43,055 nucleotides of DNA from a virus. The notes below the pieces were generated by a model. That model had not been told where the DNA came from. It made no database searches and worked only from the letters and a program-made list of their open reading frames with translations. The stretch lies in UHGV virus genome UHGV-0058404, one strand, 5' to 3'. Below are positions 35,722-43,055 of the stretch, one piece after another (the stretch's first letter is position 1; every line of letters begins with the position of its first letter). Position numbers and translations under genes: made by a program.

Positions 35722-35800
35722 CCAAAACCCCTCCCACAGCGTTTGAAAATTAAAAGAGCGTATAATTATGCGTTCAGTTTCTCACAGCACGATTTTAAGG
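35722..35800 (+). repeat. Dispersed phased element, copy F
   Basis: CACAGCGTTTGAAA shared exactly with the minus strand at 11837-11850; TAATT centre. Confidence 0.6.
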
Positions 35801-35812
35801 AGGTAAAGAAAA

Positions 35813-36079
35813 ATGAGTGTTATTTTTAATTTAGAAAAAGGGAAAGAGATTAACGAGAAAAAAGACAAGATTATTAATGAGATCTTGGAACTAAAAAAGA
35901 TGTATCATGAGTATGCGGAAGAGTTAGGGAGCAACGCTCTTGAACTTCCTAGCAAATTATTTCATTCAAACATAGGGGCTGAAATTGACAACACATTATC
36001 TGCTATCGATGACAATTTAGTAAGTTTAGAACACATACAAACTATTCTAGAAGATTTTATGCCAATGGAGGAAAAATAA
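35813..36079 (+). CDS. Hypothetical helical protein
   Basis: AAGGAGGT RBS. Confidence 0.65.
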   Translation: MSVIFNLEKGKEINEKKDKIINEILELKKMYHEYAEELGSNALELPSKLFHSNIGAEIDNTLSAIDDNLVSLEHIQTILEDFMPMEEK

Positions 36080-36085
36080 ACAAAT

Positions 36086-36280
36086 ATGGTGCTAAGATGT
36101 GAAAAAATCACACGAGAAGAGTATGAAAGCAGTAAATTCCTTGCATCTCATATCGTAATTGAAAACCCAAAGAATGAAAGTTATGTAGTATCTTACGTAG
36201 ACTACGAGAAAAACAAAAGAATTGATACAGTGTTTAAACACTTGGGAGATGAATATACAAAGGAGGTAATCGAACGATGA
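36086..36280 (+). CDS. Hypothetical protein
   Basis: GGAGG upstream; tightly packed. Confidence 0.55.
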   Translation: MVLRCEKITREEYESSKFLASHIVIENPKNESYVVSYVDYEKNKRIDTVFKHLGDEYTKEVIER

Positions 36281-36465
36281 AAATTATTAGACACGCAAAA
36301 GGCGTAAATCTATTATTTGAACTTACAAAAGAGGAAACGCAAACTTTAGAAACTAAAGGTGTATTAATCAAAGGTAATTACGTTATCGTAAGGGAAGAAA
36401 GTAAAAAATACACTGTTGCTGAAATCTTGAATGAACCTTGGAAGATACAAGAGGACTTCGACTAA
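36277..36465 (+). CDS. Hypothetical protein
   Basis: AAGGAGGT RBS, ATGA overlap. Confidence 0.6.
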   Translation: MKIIRHAKGVNLLFELTKEETQTLETKGVLIKGNYVIVREESKKYTVAEILNEPWKIQEDFD

Positions 36466-36785
36466 TGAAACATGTTGATTTAGTAAACAAGATCATTGAA
36501 TTAGGCTTATGCGATAATCTATCTCTGCTTTGGAGGCTTAGCAAGGAAAAACTTGAGGAAATTATAGAACATAACGAAAAGTTCCCCAACGACTCATTCA
36601 ATGTTAAACCTATAATTACTCCTGCTATGTGTTTTGAAATCAAAGGGGAAACGTATGTTAAAGTTGGAAAACACTACGCTAAGATAGAAAAGGTTGGACT
36701 TTTTGAAAATGTTGAGCCTGAAGAGATAGAAAAAGTGTATAACAACAAAGGGCATTTAATTTTTGTAAGGGAGAATAAAAAATGA
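36465..36785 (+). CDS. Hypothetical protein
   Basis: TAATG coupling at 36465. Confidence 0.6.
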   Translation: MKHVDLVNKIIELGLCDNLSLLWRLSKEKLEEIIEHNEKFPNDSFNVKPIITPAMCFEIKGETYVKVGKHYAKIEKVGLFENVEPEEIEKVYNNKGHLIFVRENKK

Positions 36786-36955
36786 CACAAGTTCAAATCG
36801 CGATTTTATCAGGTGCAATTGGTCTAGTCGTTGCCACTATCACACTTGTTATCGTTAAATTAGTGCAAGAAATCAAACGACTAAAAACTGAACTTTTGCT
36901 CGCAAAGGTTGTAATTATGTTGAAAAAGAAAAAAGAGAAAAAAGAGGAAAAATAA
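36782..36955 (+). CDS. Small single-TM protein (not in ORF track)
   Basis: MTQVQIAILSGAIGLVVATITLVIVKL...; GGGAG RBS, ATGA overlap. Confidence 0.6.
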   Translation: MTQVQIAILSGAIGLVVATITLVIVKLVQEIKRLKTELLLAKVVIMLKKKKEKKEEK

Positions 36956-37070
36956 ATATGAAAACAATTTTAAGAACTATGCTTTTATATGAAAAAATTG
37001 ATGATGAAGAATAGGAAATAATCACTTAGCAAAAATAGGAAATTATTGATTAGAAAGGAAATGATAAATA

Positions 37071-37334
37071 ATGAAAATTACTGTAAATATTAATTTAGAA
37101 TGGTGGATTGCTAGAGATGAAGATGGAGATCTTGGTTTATATGAATGTAAACCTGTAAAAAGTTATAGAAAAGGCTTTTGGGTTCCAACCGAAGGGGAAC
37201 ATTATAATTTTTTTGCATACGATTTTCCAGGTATTTTAACTTCTGCATTATATAGAAACTTTGATTTTTCCAAAGTAACGTGGGAGGATGATGAGCCAAA
37301 GCAATTAAAAGATATTTTAAAGGAGCAAAAATAA
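37071..37334 (+). CDS. Hypothetical protein, paralog 1 (W.ARD.D...WED.EP)
   Basis: Clear similarity to 37337-37627. Confidence 0.7.
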   Translation: MKITVNINLEWWIARDEDGDLGLYECKPVKSYRKGFWVPTEGEHYNFFAYDFPGILTSALYRNFDFSKVTWEDDEPKQLKDILKEQK

Positions 37335-37336
37335 AA

Positions 37337-37627
37337 ATGAAAATTAATTTAGAAATTAACTTAGATTTATGGGTTGCGAGAGATGTAGATGACAAACTTT
37401 TTATATATAAACACAAGCCTAAAAAACATGCAGAGTTAGGAGTAGAGTTTGGAGTTTGGGGGGGGTATGATGACCATTTTTGTGCTTTTGGTCTTGAATG
37501 CATAGACCTTGAGGCCTATCAATTTATAATCCCCAATATAGAAGATTATTTTGACTTCTCACAAGTTCAATGGGAAGATAGTGAACCAAAACAACTAAAG
37601 GACATAGTAAGGTCAAAAAATGAATAG
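37337..37627 (+). CDS. Hypothetical protein, paralog 2
   Basis: Shares W.ARD.D and FDFS.V.WED.EPKQLKDI with the upstream gene. Confidence 0.7.
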   Translation: MKINLEINLDLWVARDVDDKLFIYKHKPKKHAELGVEFGVWGGYDDHFCAFGLECIDLEAYQFIIPNIEDYFDFSQVQWEDSEPKQLKDIVRSKNE

Positions 37628-38864
37628 TTTATTTGATAATTTAGAAAATAGATTTAAACTTAACAAGCCTGTTCGACTTATTGAACTATTTGCGGGAATA
37701 GGAGCGCAAGCAAAAGCGTTGGAAAATCTAGGCATAGACTTCGAGCATTACCGAGTATGCGAAATTGACAAGTATGCGGTCGCAAGTTATAATGCTATTC
37801 ATGGGACTAATTTTGAAGTTAGTGATATCACAAAACTTTCAAGCAACGATCTTGGAATTGTTGACACAAACACATACATATATATACTAACCTATTCTTT
37901 TCCTTGTCAAGATTTATCATTAGCAGGAAAGCAACAAGGAATGAAGAAAGGGACACAAACTAGAAGTGGACTTTTATGGGAAGTTGAAAGACTTTTAAAA
38001 GGTTGTAAGGAACTCCCACAAGTATTGTTAATGGAAAATGTGCCACAAGTTCATTCTTCTAAAAATTATGAAGACTTCAAGGATTGGCAAAACTTTTTAT
38101 CAAACCTAGGTTATCAAAACACTTGGGCTGACTTAAACGCAAAAAATTATGGTATTCCACAAAATAGAAATAGAACGTTTATGGTTAGCATTTTAGGAAA
38201 TAGCCCTTATGAGTTCCCTGAGCCTTTCCCATTGAAGTTGAAATTAAAAGATTTGTTAGAAGATACTGTAGATGAAAAATATTATTTGAGTGAAAAACAA
38301 GTTAATGGCATAGTCAATAATTCTTTCGCACAAAAACGCAGTTCCATTCAAAATACTGAATGTTGTGGAACTCTACTTGCTAGAGACCGAAAAGACCCTA
38401 AATGTGTTGCGATTTCTAGTTCGATTCCAATAAAAGAAAATACAATTAAGGGCTATGCAATTGCATCATATGGAGATAGTGTTAATCTAGAACAACCAAA
38501 CTCAAAAACTAGAAGAGGAAGAGTAGGCTTTAAAGTGGCAAACACCTTAACAACAAATTGTAATCAAGGAGTTGTTGTTTTAGGCAATTATTCTCCAAGC
38601 AACCATAATGCTTCACGAATTGTTGATAGTAAAGGAATAGCACCTACAGTAATGGAAAACCATGGAACTATCACAGCAACAATTGTTGAGCCAAACCCAC
38701 GCATTCGTAAACTTACTCCCAAAGAATATTGGAGACTCATGGGCTTTAATGATGAAGATTTTGAAAAGGCAAGTAAAGTCAATTCAAATACACAATTATA
38801 TAAACAAGCAGGAAACAGTATAGTTGTAAACGTATTAATGGAAATATTTAGAAAGATGGGGTAA
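37620..38864 (+). CDS. DNA (cytosine-5) methyltransferase
   Basis: ELFAGIG, SFPCQDLS, ENV, PQNRNR and YKQAGNS motifs. Confidence 0.95.
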   Translation: MNSLFDNLENRFKLNKPVRLIELFAGIGAQAKALENLGIDFEHYRVCEIDKYAVASYNAIHGTNFEVSDITKLSSNDLGIVDTNTYIYILTYSFPCQDLSLAGKQQGMKKGTQTRSGLLWEVERLLKGCKELPQVLLMENVPQVHSSKNYEDFKDWQNFLSNLGYQNTWADLNAKNYGIPQNRNRTFMVSILGNSPYEFPEPFPLKLKLKDLLEDTVDEKYYLSEKQVNGIVNNSFAQKRSSIQNTECCGTLLARDRKDPKCVAISSSIPIKENTIKGYAIASYGDSVNLEQPNSKTRRGRVGFKVANTLTTNCNQGVVVLGNYSPSNHNASRIVDSKGIAPTVMENHGTITATIVEPNPRIRKLTPKEYWRLMGFNDEDFEKASKVNSNTQLYKQAGNSIVVNVLMEIFRKMG

Positions 38865-38866
38865 AA

Positions 38867-39100
38867 ATGAAAGTAAAATTAATCAAATTAAAAATCTATA
38901 TGGTATTATATATCATATTCGTAGGAATATTAGTGTTGTCTTCGTTGATAGGGTTATTTTTGGGTAGTTTATCAACCGACAGCAACCTATCGATAATATG
39001 TTTGTTTAGCACAATTATAAGTGCAATTGTTCTTCGATTAATTTATTGTAGAACGATAGACCTTGAGTTTGAAATTAAAAACGAATTAAGAGAAAAATAG
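38867..39100 (+). CDS. Small two-TM protein
   Basis: Two hydrophobic segments. Confidence 0.6.
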   Translation: MKVKLIKLKIYMVLYIIFVGILVLSSLIGLFLGSLSTDSNLSIICLFSTIISAIVLRLIYCRTIDLEFEIKNELREK

Positions 39101-39123
39101 AAAAAGAAAGAGGTATTAAAATT

Positions 39124-39354
39124 ATGAATGAAATTATTGAAAAATTAAGTGAGAAAGAATTAAATACGTTGAGAGAAATTGCAAACACCAAAGGCTTAGA
39201 TGAAGAAGCAAGTAAAAGTTTGTTGCATATTGCGTTATTAGATATTTCAGTGAAAAACGATGAATTTAGTTATGAGATGATAGACTATGCAATCAAGCAT
39301 TTTGCTAACGAATTATACGAAATGTTAAAGGAGAGCAGTAACAATATGAAGTGA
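39124..39354 (+). CDS. Hypothetical protein
   Basis: GAGGT RBS. Confidence 0.6.
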   Translation: MNEIIEKLSEKELNTLREIANTKGLDEEASKSLLHIALLDISVKNDEFSYEMIDYAIKHFANELYEMLKESSNNMK

Positions 39355-39417
39355 TTTGGAAACCGGTATATGAAGAATACCGAAAAATTAATTATAGATT
39401 AAAAAAGGAGTGAAAAA

Positions 39418-40074
39418 ATGAATTTTAAACAAGCAGTTGAAGAAATGAAAAAAGGAAAGAAAGTTAGAAGAAAAGGGTGGAAAGATGTGTGGTTTACCCT
39501 TGATAACGGCGGTGCTTTATTACGTAATGTTCCAGGGTCTTATAATAAAAAAGCAACAATTACTGGTCTTGAACCATTGACTTTGGAAAGTGTAGAAAAT
39601 GTTTATGCTAACGATTGGGAAGTAGTTGGAGAAAAAAAGAAATGGTGGGAACCTGAATTAGATGAAAAATATTATATCATTCGCCGCGATGGTGGCATAG
39701 ATTATTATTCCTATGAGGATGATGAAACTGATAAAAATTTAATGGCTATAGGCAATTGTTTTCACACCGAAGAGCAAGCAGATTTTATGGTTGAAAAATT
39801 AAAAGTCATCCACGAGCTAGAAAAGTTCGCGTTTGAGAACAATACTGAAGAAATAGATTGGGATGATATAAACCAAGCAAAATACCATTTAGTTGGAGTT
39901 TTTGGAGATAAAGGAAATAATTATATAAAAATATGTAGCACATTTATGCTTAAGGAACTTCCCTTTAATATTTACTTTATTAGTAAAGAAATTGCAAGGA
40001 AGGCTATCGAAACTATCGGTGAAGACCGTATCAAAAAATATTATTTTGGAGTTGATGAAAATGGAAGAAAATAA
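39418..40074 (+). CDS. DUF2829/Tad2-like N-terminal domain fused to a phage domain of unknown function
   Basis: MNFKQAVEEMKKGKKVRRKGW...ANDWEVV pattern; C-terminal IGNCFHTEEQA domain. Confidence 0.6.
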   Translation: MNFKQAVEEMKKGKKVRRKGWKDVWFTLDNGGALLRNVPGSYNKKATITGLEPLTLESVENVYANDWEVVGEKKKWWEPELDEKYYIIRRDGGIDYYSYEDDETDKNLMAIGNCFHTEEQADFMVEKLKVIHELEKFAFENNTEEIDWDDINQAKYHLVGVFGDKGNNYIKICSTFMLKELPFNIYFISKEIARKAIETIGEDRIKKYYFGVDENGRK

Positions 40075-40522
40075 AAACATTGAAAAAGAATTGCAAGAAT
40101 CCTTAGATTTTGGAAGCAAGGCTATATCACGTTCAATTGAGCGAAGAAGAACCATGGACTCTTTTCAAAAAATCAAAGATATTACGCAATATTTAGTAGA
40201 TTTGTCTTTTTTGCTTAGAATGAGCCACCTTATAGAAACTCATGGTGGAAAAGTAACATTTACATTTAACGATTATCGAGATGAAAAAGAAAAGTTTGAG
40301 AAAATGTATGGTGAGTATAGCAATATTAAACATAGTATAGCAATAGCAACTTTAGAAATAAAAGAAAAAAATTTGTCTGAACTCATGGAACTTGTTGATA
40401 TACTCGATTTCAACCAAAAGTATTCCATCTTTGATTTAATAAACGATCCTGGTATATTAAGTGATGAAAAAGAACGTAAATTGCTTGTCAAATATTTTGG
40501 TAAGGCAGTTTGGGAAAAATAA
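40061..40522 (+). CDS. Hypothetical protein
   Basis: GGAG before ATG 40061. Confidence 0.6.
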   Translation: MEENKNIEKELQESLDFGSKAISRSIERRRTMDSFQKIKDITQYLVDLSFLLRMSHLIETHGGKVTFTFNDYRDEKEKFEKMYGEYSNIKHSIAIATLEIKEKNLSELMELVDILDFNQKYSIFDLINDPGILSDEKERKLLVKYFGKAVWEK

Positions 40523-40536
40523 GGAGTTGAAAACGA

Positions 40537-40881
40537 ATGAACTATTCAAACGAATATTATGAACTAGAAGAAAACATTAAAACTTTAACGAGAGCCTTAG
40601 ATGATGCTTTACAAAGATTGAGAAAATTGGAAGAGAACATTTTACAAATAGATGAAAGTTTACCAAAATACGAAGAGGAATTACTACACGAACGAGATGA
40701 ACTTAGAAAATTAGTCTTAAGGGAAAAATGTGGAGAAAAAATAGCTTACGTTTTCTATAAACTACAATTTCATAGAATAGATTGTTTAAAAGGCTATATC
40801 AAAGCCTATAAGCTAGAAAAAAAAGATTGTCTCTCTGAACGGAAAACAATAATTCGTAAACTTTCTAAGCGTTTAAAATAA
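40537..40881 (+). CDS. Coiled-coil hypothetical protein
   Basis: AAGGAG RBS; heptad pattern. Confidence 0.6.
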   Translation: MNYSNEYYELEENIKTLTRALDDALQRLRKLEENILQIDESLPKYEEELLHERDELRKLVLREKCGEKIAYVFYKLQFHRIDCLKGYIKAYKLEKKDCLSERKTIIRKLSKRLK

Positions 40882-40893
40882 AGGAGGTAAAAC

Positions 40894-41073
40894 ATGTTAA
40901 CATTACAAATTATTGCAACGGTATTTTTGGGCTTAGGTATATTGAAATCTGTTATAAAGTGCTTATATGATTGTGAAGAAACTACATTAGGATACCTTAT
41001 TGGCTATTTTGTTGGTATTTTATTAGTTCAATTACCTAAAGTATTCATTATTGTCGTTATTTGGTTAAAGTGA
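40894..41073 (+). CDS. Small two-TM protein (not in ORF track)
   Basis: AAGGAGGT RBS; MLTLQIIATVFLGLGIL...IIVVIWLK. Confidence 0.6.
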   Translation: MLTLQIIATVFLGLGILKSVIKCLYDCEETTLGYLIGYFVGILLVQLPKVFIIVVIWLK

Positions 41074-41084
41074 GGGGGAAAATT

Positions 41085-41270
41085 ATGTGGCAATTGTTAA
41101 TAGGTAAAATTTATCTAACCTTGTTTAGTGGTTTTGTGCTTTATGCTGTTATAGAAATATTTTTTTTAGACGGTTATTTTAAAGTTCAAGATCTTTTAAT
41201 GAAGATATTAGTGATTATACTAACTATAACTTTTATTGCATTCCCTATTTGGGTTTGGGTGGCTCTATGA
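41085..41270 (+). CDS. Small two-TM protein
   Basis: GAGGGGG RBS before ATG 41085. Confidence 0.6.
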   Translation: MWQLLIGKIYLTLFSGFVLYAVIEIFFLDGYFKVQDLLMKILVIILTITFIAFPIWVWVAL

Positions 41271-41569
41271 AACAAGAAAAATTATTCGATGATAATGAGT
41301 TAGAACTTAACCCTAACTATGTTAGTCCTGGAGATAAAAGAAAATGGACTAATGCGTTTATTAGGTGGTGTGAAAGTGAATACAACCCCAACTGCAGTCC
41401 GTTTAATTGTGGTTGTATGAATATATGTAAATTATGCAAAATGAAAAAGGGCAGAGGTTTTGCTGATTGTGTAGAAACAATAAAAGAATGGTATAAGGAA
41501 AACAAAGATGAAATACCATATAAAAATTACAACTTTGAAGAATTGTTCCAAAAGACAGAGGAAATATAA
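41267..41569 (+). CDS. Cys-rich hypothetical protein
   Basis: C..FNCGCMNIC..C cluster; ATGA overlap. Confidence 0.55.
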   Translation: MKQEKLFDDNELELNPNYVSPGDKRKWTNAFIRWCESEYNPNCSPFNCGCMNICKLCKMKKGRGFADCVETIKEWYKENKDEIPYKNYNFEELFQKTEEI

Positions 41570-41594
41570 CATTAAATATAAAGGAGGAATAAAT

Positions 41595-41903
41595 ATGAGT
41601 GAAAAATATACTGAGATTTTAAGATTGAAAACTATGTTAGAAGAGGCAAAGATACCTTTTATATTTCATAATTTTCATGATGGGTATCAAATTGTTATAA
41701 CTCGAGGACATACAAAATTATGTGATGCCATAGAACATAGATATAGTTATGGTAGTGAAGAAAATCTATTAGAAATAATGGGAGCGTTAAAAGAAGAAGA
41801 GGGATCAAGTCAAGATGTTTGGGGTTATCTAACTGCTGAAGAAGTATTTAAAAGATTTAAGTATTGCAAAGAACACAATACATCAATTTATAAGGAGAAA
41901 TAA
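41595..41903 (+). CDS. Hypothetical protein, paralog of the N-terminus of the next gene
   Basis: EKYTEI.RLK.MLE...IPF...YG...NLLEI.G...GYLTAE.VF shared with 41907. Confidence 0.7.
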   Translation: MSEKYTEILRLKTMLEEAKIPFIFHNFHDGYQIVITRGHTKLCDAIEHRYSYGSEENLLEIMGALKEEEGSSQDVWGYLTAEEVFKRFKYCKEHNTSIYKEK

Positions 41904-41906
41904 ACT

Positions 41907-42533
41907 ATGAAAGAAAAATACACGGAAATATTTAGGTTAAAAGAGATGTTGGAAAGAGAAAATATACCCTTTGAGTTTGAAAAAACCGATGAATATATAA
42001 TTAGAATTCCAATAAATAAAAGTATAAGAAAGCAAGATAATAAAGAACCTTTGATGACTGTATATCAAGGGGAGCATACTTATGGTGGTAGCAAAAATCT
42101 TTTAGAGATATGTGGTGGAATGACTTTAGAAGAAAGAAAAGAACAAGGAGAAGAATATTTGGGGTATCTTACGGCTGAAAATGTTTTTGAACGTATCAAA
42201 TATTGCTATCTTAATCAAACAAGTAAATACATAAATAGATATGAATTTGAAAAAGCAATAAAGCAACGCGTTCCTGATTTAGAGCAAATAATTAAAGTTG
42301 GAACTCCTGAAAAGCAAATTATTGTGGCAATGGAAGAATTGTCGGAGTTAATTAAGGAACTTGCAAAATACATGCGTGGAAATGGAAATGAAGAAAATCT
42401 CCAAGAAGAAGTATGCGACTGCATTATTATGATAGACCAATTAAGGTTAATGTTTAAACTTGATGCATATGACATCGATGAAATAATCAATATGAAGATT
42501 AAACGCACACTTAAAAGGTTAGGTATCAAATAA
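41907..42533 (+). CDS. Fusion of a phage domain to a MazG-like NTP pyrophosphohydrolase
   Basis: C-terminal MEELSELIKEL...LQEEVCD..IMIDQL motif. Confidence 0.7.
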   Translation: MKEKYTEIFRLKEMLERENIPFEFEKTDEYIIRIPINKSIRKQDNKEPLMTVYQGEHTYGGSKNLLEICGGMTLEERKEQGEEYLGYLTAENVFERIKYCYLNQTSKYINRYEFEKAIKQRVPDLEQIIKVGTPEKQIIVAMEELSELIKELAKYMRGNGNEENLQEEVCDCIIMIDQLRLMFKLDAYDIDEIINMKIKRTLKRLGIK

Positions 42534-42664
42534 TGGACCTACTGTTAGTAATATCAAGTGCTGTGTTAGGAATGGCAATTTTGTTCGGCATTTTAATGTT
42601 GATAATTGCTAAAGATCGTTGGAAGAAGAAAGGAAATAAACATGAACGCGGAAAAGATAATTAA
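42533..42664 (+). CDS. Small single-TM protein (not in ORF track)
   Basis: TAATG coupling; MDLLLVISSAVLGMAILFGILMLIIAK. Confidence 0.5.
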   Translation: MDLLLVISSAVLGMAILFGILMLIIAKDRWKKKGNKHERGKDN

Positions 42665-43007
42665 AAAGGCAAAAATAGCAATAGTTAACAAATATTATGT
42701 TGGTTTTGATGATGTGGAACTAATTGAATATAAAAAACGATATACTTTTACACACGACCTTGCCTTTTACATTAAGAAATTAAACAAGTATATATTCGTA
42801 GATGTAAGTGAAGTGTCTACACAAATTGGAAACACGGAAGAGTTTGAAGATGAATTACATACTTATGCTTTTGAATTCAACGGGCTTGAAGAACTACAAG
42901 GGAAAACATATGAACTACTTAACAAAGTCTGTGAAAAGTGTATCTGTGATAGCGAATGTGAAGAACCTTGTGAACTTATACGTGAGTTAAAAAGATATTT
43001 ATGGTAA
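42642..43007 (+). CDS. Hypothetical protein with Cys-rich C-terminus
   Basis: AAAGGA RBS before ATG 42642; CEKCICDSECEEPC. Confidence 0.6.
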   Translation: MNAEKIIKKAKIAIVNKYYVGFDDVELIEYKKRYTFTHDLAFYIKKLNKYIFVDVSEVSTQIGNTEEFEDELHTYAFEFNGLEELQGKTYELLNKVCEKCICDSECEEPCELIRELKRYLW

Positions 43008-43020
43008 AGAAAGGAGGTGT

Positions 43021-43055
43021 ATGAGAATGAGAACATTTAAAAGATTAGTTGCGAT
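43021..43055 (+). CDS. Lipoprotein, 5' part (continues at base 1)
   Basis: AAGGAGGTG RBS, 11 codons plus AT completed by base 1, in frame with the 20..334 ORF. Confidence 0.8.
   Translation, partial: MRMRTFKRLVA

Noticed and set aside
35655..35735. tRNA fragment or twister ribozyme (GGTTCAAGCC)
   Set aside because: No cloverleaf, and the remaining twister core and pseudoknot pairings cannot be built
37866..37890. Phase variation by the (TA)n run in the methyltransferase or by G7/G8 runs at 37458 and 4403
   Set aside because: Runs are short and the frames are intact; cannot be supported without read data
1..43055. Stop-codon reassignment (code 4 or 15)
   Set aside because: Long genes are intact in code 11, and TAA, TAG and TGA all end genes at sensible boundaries

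Overview
This window is an apparently complete, circularly permuted ~43 kb low-GC tailed-phage (Caudoviricetes) genome using genetic code 11. The last 35 nt join base 1 in frame to give an intact lipoprotein gene. The + strand arm (33.1 kb, through the end, to 10.4 kb) carries small early genes, a C5 DNA methyltransferase, Tad2-like and MazG-like proteins, and a recombination/replication module (Rad50-like ATPase, RecT, replisome organizer, MBL hydrolase, ERCC4 and YqaJ-like nucleases, SSB). The - strand arm (31.5 to 10.5 kb) carries terminase, a DUF1073/DUF2213/DUF2184/DUF4054-type head, a very compact tail module, a large fibre, a BspA/DUF285-repeat protein and membrane proteins. I recognise no integrase, endolysin, sheath or full-length tape measure, which suggests a short-tailed phage of a possibly wall-less host. 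Non-coding highlights are a canonical type I hammerhead ribozyme (33722-33777), a candidate ~430-nt two-unit RNA with kissing loops upstream of the terminase genes, and six dispersed phased A-tract elements. All family assignments are by eye; no searches were run.
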